Shown here: one piece after another, positions 47,930 through 56,451 of the stretch | How the letters are laid out: every line of letters starts with the position of its first letter | Position numbering within the stretch: the stretch's first letter is position 1 | DNA from: Myxococcota bacterium | Lineage (GTDB): Bacteria > Myxococcota_A > UBA796 > UBA2385 | DNA length: 64,000 nucleotides | Reading direction: 5' to 3' | Assembly: GCA_044344255.1 (NCBI GenBank) | Contig: JBIJDH010000001.1 | Span: 64,001-128,000, forward strand | Program-made: the position numbers and the translations under genes | The notes under the pieces: generated by a model | What the model was told of the DNA's origin: nothing | Database searches by the model: none | The model's input: the letters and a program-made list of their open reading frames with translations, nothing else

Positions 47930-49648
47930 TCAGCCTCCCACCGCTTCGAGGGCGCCCGCGGTGCGGAAGCCCGGGCTCGTGACCAGCGCCCGGAGGAGAG
48001 GCTCGACCCGGTGTTCCTCCATCACGAAGGCCTCGTTCAGCCAGTTCACCATCGCCTCCTCTCCCTCGGCGAGGGGGTGGCCCTCGGCGTAGCGGTACAT
48101 GGTCTCGGTGAGGCAGTACGGCACCCGGGGGCTCTCCGCGAGGCGCTGGCCGAGGCCGATGGCGTCGGCGAAGGGCTCACCGTCGAGCTCGCCGCTGGGG
48201 TCGATCACCGTGTCATTCTCGGTGAGGCGCCAGCTCCCGAGGCCGTCGAAGTTCTCGAGGCCGAGCCCGATGGGGTCCATCAGGTTGTGACAGGTGGCGC
48301 AGGCCGGATCCGTGGCGTGCACCGAGAGTCGGTCGCGCATGGTCGGCCCCGCCTCGGAGACCTCGGGGAGGGAGGCGTTGAGGTCGGCGGGGGGCGGCAG
48401 CACCGTCTGGCAGAGGAGCTGCTCTCGCATCGACTTGCCGCGCACCGTGGCCGAGGTGCTCGTGGGGTGCGCGTTGAGCGCGAGGAAGCCCACCTGGCCG
48501 AGCAGGCCCGCTCGGCCGCCGTCGGCGGGGAGCTCCACCTCTCCGAAGCCGTCCCGCGAGGGCGCGGCGACGTTGTAGAGGGCCGCGAGCTCCCGGTTCA
48601 CAAAGGTGCGGCGGGTGGTGAAGAGGTCAAGGTAGCTCCCCTGCTCTTCGAAGATCAAGGCCTCGATGCCGAGGCGGGTCTCCTCCCGGCCGGCGGCGCC
48701 GAGGCTGTCGGTGAAACGAGTGAAGACCGTGGGGTCCTTGTCGATGTTCGGGAGGGAGTGGAGCGCCAGCATCTCGTCGAAGAGGGTCGCCACCCCCTCG
48801 CGGACACGCGGATCGGCGAGCAGCCGATCGGCCTGGACCGCGATGCCAGCATCGGTGCTGAGCTCTCCCGCCTCGGCGGCGTCGAGGAGCTCATCGTCGG
48901 GCATCGTGTTCCAGAGGAAGTAGCTCAGCCGGGACGCCATCTCGACGCTGGTGTAGACCCGCCCGCCCGCGCCGTCGTCCTCACCGAGCTCGACCCGGTA
49001 GATGAAATAGGGCGACTGCAGCAAGCCAGCGACACCGAACTCAAGGCCGGCGTAGAAGTCGTCGAGCACCGCGGCGGCGGTGGTGCTGACGAGGCTCAGG
49101 CTGTCGAGCTCCTCCTCGCTCAGCGGGCGGCGCCAGGCCCGACGCCCGAGGGCGCGGAGGGTGTCGCGGACGCAGTCCGGATCGACCACGTCCACGGGGG
49201 AGCAGGTGACGAGGGTGGCCCGCCGTGTCTCGGAGGCCATCACCTGCTCCGCGAGGTTGAAGGCAGCGTCTTCGTAATCGGCGACCCCGCTCGCCGAGAG
49301 GCTGGCCGCGGTGGCGCCCTCGGAGAACAAGCCGTCCACGGCGGTGTCCGGCTCGAGGCCCTGAGGCACGACGATGTCGTCGCCGAACAAGGCGCGCACG
49401 GTGTTCCCGTATTGAACGGTGGTCAACCGTCGGAGCTGCGGCTCGGCGGGCGTCACCGAGGGGGCCGGCCCCAGCTCGGCTTGGGACTCACCCTTGGCGA
49501 CCGGCTCGTCCTTGCAAGCCGGGCCGGCGACCAGCGCCGCCCCGAGGGCGAGCGGCAGCAGCGCGGAGGGCGGGCGGTGTCGGAGCGGGTTGTTCAACAG
49601 CTTGTTCAACAGCGGCCACCTCGGCGCGACGGCGCGTTCGCGCGACAA
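47930..49648 (-). CDS. DUF1587/1595/1592/1588/1585 lipoprotein with CxxCH; start uncertain
   Basis: LRRLT..QY.NTVR.L, AWRRPL, LQSPYFIYRVE, MASRLSYFLW...PD, CATCH..MDPIG. Confidence 0.9.
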   Translation of the reverse strand: MSRERAVAPRWPLLNKLLNNPLRHRPPSALLPLALGAALVAGPACKDEPVAKGESQAELGPAPSVTPAEPQLRRLTTVQYGNTVRALFGDDIVVPQGLEPDTAVDGLFSEGATAASLSASGVADYEDAAFNLAEQVMASETRRATLVTCSPVDVVDPDCVRDTLRALGRRAWRRPLSEEELDSLSLVSTTAAAVLDDFYAGLEFGVAGLLQSPYFIYRVELGEDDGAGGRVYTSVEMASRLSYFLWNTMPDDELLDAAEAGELSTDAGIAVQADRLLADPRVREGVATLFDEMLALHSLPNIDKDPTVFTRFTDSLGAAGREETRLGIEALIFEEQGSYLDLFTTRRTFVNRELAALYNVAAPSRDGFGEVELPADGGRAGLLGQVGFLALNAHPTSTSATVRGKSMREQLLCQTVLPPPADLNASLPEVSEAGPTMRDRLSVHATDPACATCHNLMDPIGLGLENFDGLGSWRLTENDTVIDPSGELDGEPFADAIGLGQRLAESPRVPYCLTETMYRYAEGHPLAEGEEAMVNWLNEAFVMEEHRVEPLLRALVTSPGFRTAGALEAVGG

Positions 49649-49702
49649 TGTACGCTCAGATGGTCAGGCCCACAAGCGCTCACCGCCGCCGGCCCGGGCC
49701 TC

Positions 49703-50422
49703 TCAAGCCGGCGGGATCACACCATCCCACGTCAGCGCTCCGCCGGCGCTGAGGTCGAGGCTGATCGAGTCGAGGGCCACCGAGACCGCCACATCGTCGA
49801 AGCCCACCCAGTTGAGCTCGCCCTCGGCGAAGGTGTCCCAGCCGTCGGAGGAGAGGATGACCATCCGCCCGGCGTACACGTCGTCCTCGATCGGCGGCTC
49901 GTCAAAGGTGAAGCGCAGCGTGTCTCCGAGGAGGAGCATGGCCCACGGGTCGCCGGGATCGGGGGAGCAGACAGCCTCGGCGAAGAGCAGGTCTCCGTCC
50001 CGATCAAGCGTCATCGGGCAGTCGAGGGAGAAGGGGTAGGGCTGCCCCTCGAAGACCGCGACCGCCTCGACGGACAGGGACCCCTCGTAGTGGCCGTCGC
50101 CGTCGTTACGACCGTCACAGTCGTCGTCGACCCCGTCCCAACGCTCCGGGGCCCCCGGGTAGATGTCGGGGTCGGCGTCTCGGCAATCGACGTCCTCGGC
50201 GTATCCATCCCCGTCGCGGTCTTGGAGCGGGGTCTCACCGCCCCCCCCGACGTCCCCTCCGCCTCCCCCATCTCCGCCTCCGTCCGTGGCCTCGGCCGAC
50301 CCGCTGTCTTCCGCCTTGGAGGTGCAGCCGGCGAGGCAAGATCCTCCCACGGCGCCGAGCAAGAGGAGGCCCGGGAGGCGCAGAGGGGAGCAAAGCCACG
50401 AGCGAGGATGATGGTCAAGCAT
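49703..50422 (-). CDS. Lipoprotein with one MopE-like Cys/Asp motif; start uncertain
   Basis: LAGC lipobox; DGDGY...DC.D.DP.IYPGAPE.WDGVDDDCDG. Confidence 0.75.
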   Translation of the reverse strand: MLDHHPRSWLCSPLRLPGLLLLGAVGGSCLAGCTSKAEDSGSAEATDGGGDGGGGGDVGGGGETPLQDRDGDGYAEDVDCRDADPDIYPGAPERWDGVDDDCDGRNDGDGHYEGSLSVEAVAVFEGQPYPFSLDCPMTLDRDGDLLFAEAVCSPDPGDPWAMLLLGDTLRFTFDEPPIEDDVYAGRMVILSSDGWDTFAEGELNWVGFDDVAVSVALDSISLDLSAGGALTWDGVIPPA

Positions 50423-51005
50423 GGCACATGTTATCTGGCGCAGCGACCTGGAGGCTGCCCTGACTGGAATCGACCCCTCCCGCCCCAGCTACTCGGTGCG
50501 GATCGCGCTCCTGACGGTCTCGGACAGCCGCTCCGTGGCGGACGACCGATCGGGCGCCTACCTCGCCACCACCCTCCTTGCGGCTGGGCACACCCTGGCC
50601 AATCGCGCCATCGTGAAGGACGAGGTGGACGAAATCGTCGCCCGCCTGCGCGCGTGGATCGACGACCCCACCGTCGACGTGGTGATCTGCACGGGTGGCA
50701 CCGGCCTCACCGGGCGGGACGTCACCCCCGAGGCCTTCGATGTGGTGGTAGAGAAGCAGATCCCCGGCTTCGGAGAGCTGTTTCGCTGGCTCTCCTTTCA
50801 GAAGATCGGCACATCCACCATCCAGTCTCGCGCCACCGCCGGGGTCGCCGGGGGCACCTACCTCTTCGCCCTGCCGGGCTCGCCCTCCGCCTGTCGAGAC
50901 GCCTGGGAGGGCATCCTGGTACATCAGCTCGACAGCCGCTATCGGCCCTGCAATTTCGTCGAGATCATGCCACGCCTCTCCGAGCACTTGAGCCGAAGAC
51001 CCTGA
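50421..51005 (+). CDS. moaB: Molybdenum cofactor biosynthesis protein B (possible CTG start at 50460)
   Basis: LTVSDSR, D.SG, TGGTGLTGRDVTPEA, PGFGELFR, SRA, LPGS. Confidence 0.95.
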   Translation: MAHVIWRSDLEAALTGIDPSRPSYSVRIALLTVSDSRSVADDRSGAYLATTLLAAGHTLANRAIVKDEVDEIVARLRAWIDDPTVDVVICTGGTGLTGRDVTPEAFDVVVEKQIPGFGELFRWLSFQKIGTSTIQSRATAGVAGGTYLFALPGSPSACRDAWEGILVHQLDSRYRPCNFVEIMPRLSEHLSRRP

Positions 51006-51100
51006 GCCGCAGAACCTGAGCGCTCCGCGGGAGGAGCCACGCGCGAACCGCCGCCCGGGCCCTTGAACCGACCCTCTCACCGTGGCAGCATCGGAGCCGC

Positions 51101-52891
51101 ATGCGCCTCCCCCTCTTCGCCCTGTGGGCCGCCCTCGGGCTCTCTTCCCCCGCCCTCGCGGGGACGGCCGTCCCCACGGTCGATCCCGTCGTCCGCACCG
51201 GTGAGAAGGCCCCCAAGGATGTCGCGCTGGTCGTGGGGAACGAGGCGTACACCTCGCTGCCGCAGTTCGTCCGCGGCGGTGAAGACGCGCGCTCCTTCCG
51301 AGACTGGCTCTTGCTCTCCCGGGGGGTCGCCAAGGGGCGCGTGGTCTCGCTCGGCAACGTCGGCCGAGAGGCGATGTTGAAAGAGGCGAAGAAGATCGCC
51401 ACCAAGGTCAAGAAGGGCGGGACGGTGTGGATCTACTACGCCGGGCACGGCGCGGTGACCGACGATGGCCGTCGCCTCCTCCTCGGGGTCGACGCGGGCG
51501 CAGGAAACCTCACCAGCCGAGGCCTCCGCCTCGACGAGCTGATCGACGTCTTCACACGCCCCATGAAGGCCGATCGGGTCATCGTCGTGCTCGACGCCGG
51601 CTTCGGAAACGCCGGGAGAGACGGGCTGGAGCTGATCCCCGGCCGCGACACCAAGGTCCCGGACGGCTTCACGCTGCCCTCGGAGCGGGTGGCCGTGTGG
51701 GCGGCCGCCCGCGACGACGCGCCGTCCTGGTCCTTCGATCCGGGGCGACACGGGCTCTTCACCTGGTCGGCCCTCGGTGCTCTCCGCGGCTGGGCCGACG
51801 GCGAGCTCGATGGTCAGCCCGATGGCCGCGTCACCTTCGAGGAGGCCCAGGCCTACACGGCTCGGCTCGGGGTCTCGGTCGGACGGGCGGCCCACCCCAC
51901 CGAAGATCGACGCCTGGAGCCGCAGGGCTGGGTGCTGGCCCAAGGGAAGGGCCTGGAGCGCGGCCCCGACGCCGCCACCCTGGCCACGGTCGCCCGCGAA
52001 GACATCGCCGCCCGGATGAAGGAGTCAGAGGAGCGCCTCCGCGCCGAGGCCGCCGCCTTCTGGAAGGACACCCTCAACCTCGCTCGCCAGGGGGGCCCGG
52101 CTGGCGAGGAGGCCCTGATGGCCTACATCGGCGAGTTCTCCCGCGCGACCGCGACCCTCTCCTGGGCGGTGCCGATCGCCGAGGTGCAGGACGCCCGCCG
52201 CCTGCTCTCCCGCTACGGCGAGGCCGACGCCACCGAGGCCGTCGCCAAGGCCGCCGTCTCCAGCGGGGAGGAGCTCGCCACCTGCGACAGCCTCCCCCAG
52301 CTCGAGGTGGGGGCCGCCTCCGGCGGGCTCAGCGCCGGCGTGGTCCGCTGCCTCGAGGGTCGGCTCAAGACCGAGCGGCTGCAGACCAACAAGAACAAGC
52401 TCTCGCGCCTCCTCATGGCGAACGCTGAGGCCGCCGGCGACACCACCTCCTGGGAGCGGCTGATCGCCCGACACCTCGATGAGATCGATCGCTCCGACCC
52501 GAACCTGTGCCTCCGCTACTCCGTCTTCCTCCACAAGACCGGCGACCCCGAGAACGCCGAAGAGGCCATCCGCTGGGCGGACTATGCGCTCGAGAACAAG
52601 CAGATCTGGGAGGGCGACGAGTACGTCAAGCGGGTGAACGCGATCTACCGCCTGCGCGCCGAAGCCGCCCAGCGGCTCTGGCAGGACGCCGAGGACCGCT
52701 ACCGCCGCGAGCCCACGCCGGAGATCGACGCGCAGACCCTCGAGTATCGTGGCCTGTCCAAGGACTACGCCCGAGAGTGGCTGGACTACGCGCGAGCGGC
52801 TCGCCAGCCCACCGACACCGCCTACAACCTCTGCACGTCGGCGGCCGGGACCACCTCCTTCTGTCAAGAGGAGCCCAAGGGCCACCCCTGA
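51101..52891 (+). CDS. Secreted caspase-like (peptidase C14) domain protein with helical C-terminal domain; catalytic Cys absent
   Basis: Signal peptide; ALVVGNEAY, YYAGHG, VVLDAGF, HGLFT, AD...DG.VT. Confidence 0.8.
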   Translation: MRLPLFALWAALGLSSPALAGTAVPTVDPVVRTGEKAPKDVALVVGNEAYTSLPQFVRGGEDARSFRDWLLLSRGVAKGRVVSLGNVGREAMLKEAKKIATKVKKGGTVWIYYAGHGAVTDDGRRLLLGVDAGAGNLTSRGLRLDELIDVFTRPMKADRVIVVLDAGFGNAGRDGLELIPGRDTKVPDGFTLPSERVAVWAAARDDAPSWSFDPGRHGLFTWSALGALRGWADGELDGQPDGRVTFEEAQAYTARLGVSVGRAAHPTEDRRLEPQGWVLAQGKGLERGPDAATLATVAREDIAARMKESEERLRAEAAAFWKDTLNLARQGGPAGEEALMAYIGEFSRATATLSWAVPIAEVQDARRLLSRYGEADATEAVAKAAVSSGEELATCDSLPQLEVGAASGGLSAGVVRCLEGRLKTERLQTNKNKLSRLLMANAEAAGDTTSWERLIARHLDEIDRSDPNLCLRYSVFLHKTGDPENAEEAIRWADYALENKQIWEGDEYVKRVNAIYRLRAEAAQRLWQDAEDRYRREPTPEIDAQTLEYRGLSKDYAREWLDYARAARQPTDTAYNLCTSAAGTTSFCQEEPKGHP

Positions 52892-52920
52892 CGTCCACCC
52901 TTGACGCCCACCCCTGACGA
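52882..52920 (+). repeat. 3 x 13-bp repeat spanning the stop codon
   Basis: CCACCCCTGACGT / CCACCCTTGACGC / CCACCCCTGACGA. Confidence 0.8.
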
Positions 52921-52982
52921 GAGGGGAGCACCTCCGACGAGGCCGGCCGCAGGCCCGGCGCTCCGCCCCGTTCAAGCCCCGT

Positions 52983-54614
52983 TCAAGTCGTGATGATGCG
53001 GTCCATGCTCATCCAGCGGCGGAGGAGCGTGTTGGTCATCTCGCCGTTGACCGCCATCGCACCCGCGAGCGCGCCCATCTTCACGAAGTTCGTGGCGTTG
53101 GCCATCTGGATCACGGGCCAGGGGTGCTGACGCAGCAGCTCCGACTTCGAGAGCGCCTTCAGCAGGGGCTTCGGCACGAAGGGCTTGGACAGCATCTGGG
53201 TGAGGGCGATCCAGAAGGTGTCCTCCACCGGACGCGGGTACGCGAGGTTGACCCGGTGCTGGTAGAAGATGCGGGTGTTGTCCATCCCGTCGATGTCGTA
53301 CTTGCTGATGAGCTCGCTCTGAAGGAGCTTGTTGCTGAGCTCCGAGCCCGGGAAGACGGTCATCGAGAAGAGGTAGAGATCGTAGGGGTGCGGGAAGGTC
53401 GCGATCATCTCGAAGAGCTTCCGCTTGTCCTCTTCGGTAGAGACGGGGTCGTCGAAGATGAGCTGGAAGTGCGGCTTCACACCGAGCTTGTGGTACATCT
53501 GCGCGATGTCGGCGATCGAAGAGTTCTTCACGCGGCGGTCATAGAGGTGGCCCGTGACCCGCTCGCTCGACTGCACGCCCATGTAGACGCCGGAGAGCCC
53601 CGCGTCTCGGAGCATCGTCATGCGCTCTTCGTTCACGAGCTTGGGCTCGATAAAGATCTCGAAGGGGAGGCCCACGTCGCGGGGGAAGCGCTCGCAGAAG
53701 TCGGTCAACCAGTCAAGCTGGAAGTTGAAGACCTCGTCATCGAAGCGGATGCGCTTGAAGTCCCAGTGGCTGCGGGCGGCCCGGATCTCCTCCACCATGC
53801 TCGCCGGAGAGCGCACGCGGAACCACTTCTGGCCGGGGTAGACCTCCTTCTTGTAGGTAGAGTTGTAACAATAGCTGCACTTGTAGATGCAGCCGCGGCT
53901 CCCCATCATCTGGAAGACGGGGTCGCCGTGCATGGGGTCGCCCACCATGTACCGCTTGCCCTGGATGAAGTACTTGTGCGCGTGGGTGACGTAGTCCCGG
54001 AAGGCGAGATCATCGAGATCACCGACCAGGGGGCGGAGGCCGTTCTTCTGGACCTCATCCCGCCCGGTGCGGAACCAGAGGTTGGGTGAGGCCAGGGTGT
54101 CGTCGGCGCCATCGCGGAGGCGGTTGGCGAGCTCCAGCAGGGCCAGCTCACCCTCCCCGGAGAGCACCATGTCGGCGTGGTCAATACACTCGCCGGGCAT
54201 CATCGTCGCGTGCATGCCCCCCCAGAGCACGGGGATCTCGTGCTCGAGGTGCAGGTGCTCGGTGATGACACGCGCCTGCTGGGCATAGGCGCTGGCGCGG
54301 ATCGAGATGCAGACGAGATCGAGCTCCTCCTTCCGCACCACCTGCGAGAGGGTGGCGAGCTCTTCGGCGGAGGCGGGGTCCAGGTGGTTCGAGACCCAGT
54401 CCTTGAAGTAGATCTCGACGACGTGGTGCCCTTGGGCCCGCAGCGTCGCCGCGAGGATCCGGACCGCGTTGTTCTCGACGTCCCAGGTGCTGAGGATGCC
54501 GATGCGTGGGCCGTGCGCGCTGGCTTGACGGAAGATCCGGTCCAAGCGGTGATTCTTGTTGCCCGCAAACGCTCCGCTCCGCAGGGGGGCGGGCTTGGCC
54601 AGGGTCGGGTTCAT
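52983..54614 (-). CDS. B12-binding domain radical SAM protein
   Basis: WGGMHAT..P, GEGE, SRGCIYKCSYC, F.DE.F, GVQS. Confidence 0.9.
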   Translation of the reverse strand: MNPTLAKPAPLRSGAFAGNKNHRLDRIFRQASAHGPRIGILSTWDVENNAVRILAATLRAQGHHVVEIYFKDWVSNHLDPASAEELATLSQVVRKEELDLVCISIRASAYAQQARVITEHLHLEHEIPVLWGGMHATMMPGECIDHADMVLSGEGELALLELANRLRDGADDTLASPNLWFRTGRDEVQKNGLRPLVGDLDDLAFRDYVTHAHKYFIQGKRYMVGDPMHGDPVFQMMGSRGCIYKCSYCYNSTYKKEVYPGQKWFRVRSPASMVEEIRAARSHWDFKRIRFDDEVFNFQLDWLTDFCERFPRDVGLPFEIFIEPKLVNEERMTMLRDAGLSGVYMGVQSSERVTGHLYDRRVKNSSIADIAQMYHKLGVKPHFQLIFDDPVSTEEDKRKLFEMIATFPHPYDLYLFSMTVFPGSELSNKLLQSELISKYDIDGMDNTRIFYQHRVNLAYPRPVEDTFWIALTQMLSKPFVPKPLLKALSKSELLRQHPWPVIQMANATNFVKMGALAGAMAVNGEMTNTLLRRWMSMDRIITT

Positions 54615-54701
54615 CGGCGGACCTCCATCTTTGGGCCTTAACGCGGGGCCCTCGCCGGTCCAGCGCGAGCCTTCGAAGCGTGGCCTACCGCGTAAGCGCC
54701 C

Positions 54702-55280
54702 TCAGCCCCGCGACGTGGGAGGTGGCCCCGACCAGCTCCGGGAGAGCCCCACTCGACGACGCGCGAAGAGACAGTTCGCGCTGCCGAGCGTGAAGTCGCG
54801 ACAACACCGCGGGCGGTCCGCATAGATCCTGCAGAGCAACGAGCCGGGGGTCAGCGCTACACAACGGTTGTCGAGCGTGCGGCGTACACCGAGCCGACCG
54901 TCGTGCACCTCGAGGAGCTCCGGCGCCGCCCGGCGCAGGGGATCCCGGCGGGACACCTCCACCGCGTCAAAGGCGGGACCGCAACACGCCCCACAGCGGA
55001 GGCAATCGAGCGCCGGCTCCCACCTCGGACAGGCGGCCCAGCCAAGCTCGATCCGCGCGCCGTCCGCGGCGAGGCATCGGGGCACCCGCCGCCCTGGCCC
55101 GCGGAGGCCGGACCAGGCACAGCTCCCGCAGGTCTCTCCGGCAAGGGGAAACCCTCCGTTTTCGGAGGCGGTCTGATCCGGCTCAGTCGATGAAGGGAGG
55201 GTCGGCGGTGACACCAACCTCCAGCTCTCCGCCAAACCAACCGGAGGTTGACAATTCTCATCGGGGTTGCGGGTGGTCAC
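54702..55280 (-). CDS. YkgJ/CxxCxxCC-family cysteine cluster protein; start uncertain
   Basis: CLRCGACC, C..L, CRIY.DRP..CR.F; additional N-terminal CGSC. Confidence 0.8.
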   Translation of the reverse strand: MTTRNPDENCQPPVGLAESWRLVSPPTLPSSTEPDQTASENGGFPLAGETCGSCAWSGLRGPGRRVPRCLAADGARIELGWAACPRWEPALDCLRCGACCGPAFDAVEVSRRDPLRRAAPELLEVHDGRLGVRRTLDNRCVALTPGSLLCRIYADRPRCCRDFTLGSANCLFARRRVGLSRSWSGPPPTSRG

Positions 55281-55335
55281 GTTAGCCTCTCAGTGACGCA
55301 ACGAAGGCTAAGTCTTCTCTCTTCTCTTCTTCTCA

Positions 55336-55351
55336 TGGCACGATCGATGCA
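55336..55351 (+). promoter_or_regulatory. Sigma54 (-24/-12) promoter
   Basis: TGGCAC-GATCG-ATGCA with exact GG-N10-GC spacing, in a low-GC intergenic tract. Confidence 0.7.
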
Positions 55352-55524
55352 AGCCAACCAACCCATCCGCGATCGCAAGCGGAGGGACGCTTATCGAAAC
55401 CATTGTCGCCAAGCCGGTAGTCCTGCGCCAATGACGAAACCTTGTAATCGCCCGTTATGGCCAATTGGCGGTGAACCATGAAAGGTGATCTTGCAGTCAC
55501 AAGTTGTCCAGCCTCCGAGATGTC

Positions 55525-56166
55525 ATGAAACGTCACAATGTTGCGCTACAAGACCCGCCGCCACCCGCGGCCGTTGCCCCTCTCTCGCCCTTCGTGCACG
55601 CGCTGGCCGAGCGGGAAGCCCTCGCATGGCACCTGCCACGCCCCCGCCAACGGCGCGGCGCGTCCGAGCCAGAGCCGCGGAGCCCGGCCTTGGCCTTCGG
55701 CCCCCACGGCACCACGGCGCACTTGGAGCTGCGCGCGGAGCAAGAGGCCCCAATTGTGGCGTCGTCGGCAGCATCCCCACCGCTCACGGTTCGGCGCGCC
55801 CTCGAGCGGGCCGGCGGGCTCGCAGGGGCGGCTTGGCTCGCCGACGAGCTCCAACGCGAGACCGGGGAGCCCCTCAGCGTTCGAATGGTCCGCGATCGGT
55901 TCCGGAACATCGGGAGCCATGTCCGCAAGTTGGGCGCGGGCTACTATGCCCTCAAGGACCACCCCGCCCCTCCCCTGCCGAGGTGGGCGGCGTGGTGGGT
56001 CCACGCCCGCGGCCCTTGCCCCGTTGCCGATCTCGTCGAGGCGATCTTGAAGGCTTACCCCAACGGTGACCCCCGCGCGGTCCACGCCTGGCTACACCAA
56101 GAGCCCTCCCCGCTGGTCGTGACCGCCGGGCGGGTGCACATCGTCACCAGCCGGCGTCCCGCGTGA
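55525..56166 (+). CDS. Hypothetical protein, possible tandem winged-helix
   Basis: Helical segments ending VRKLGAGYYAL and LVVTAGRV (wing-like); downstream of the sigma54 promoter. Confidence 0.55.
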   Translation: MKRHNVALQDPPPPAAVAPLSPFVHALAEREALAWHLPRPRQRRGASEPEPRSPALAFGPHGTTAHLELRAEQEAPIVASSAASPPLTVRRALERAGGLAGAAWLADELQRETGEPLSVRMVRDRFRNIGSHVRKLGAGYYALKDHPAPPLPRWAAWWVHARGPCPVADLVEAILKAYPNGDPRAVHAWLHQEPSPLVVTAGRVHIVTSRRPA

Positions 56167-56414
56167 GCCCCCTGATCGGTCGCGTGCTGGAGCGCCTCGT
56201 GGAAGAGCTCTGCGCCCGCGGTCAGCTTGAGCTCAAGCCCGGCGTCTCTCCGAGCGCGCTCGCCCAGTCGCTGGGCGCCGATTTGGCAGGGGCGCAGGGC
56301 TTCGCGCAGCTCGGCCCCTTCCTGGGCGCCGCGCTGGAGCGCTCCCCCCTCGTCGAAGAGCTGTTCGCCAGCAACCGGGACATTGTGGCGCTCGTCAATC
56401 AGCTCTCCGTCTAG
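56163..56414 (+). CDS. Small hypothetical protein
   Basis: GTGA-coupled, 83 aa; LERSPLVEELFA. Confidence 0.6.
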   Translation: MSPLIGRVLERLVEELCARGQLELKPGVSPSALAQSLGADLAGAQGFAQLGPFLGAALERSPLVEELFASNRDIVALVNQLSV

Positions 56415-56451
56415 GCTGGCCGCTCGGTGGCGGCGCGGTAGAGTGACGGCC

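Noticed and set aside
51101..52891. Caspase-based anti-phage system
   Set aside because: Secreted, catalytic Cys missing, and no gasdermin, NLR, TIR or CBASS neighbours.
37845..54614. RiPP system pairing the small peptide with the B12 radical SAM enzyme
   Set aside because: About 15 kb apart; the peptide has a lipoprotein signal; no RRE, protease or transporter is adjacent.
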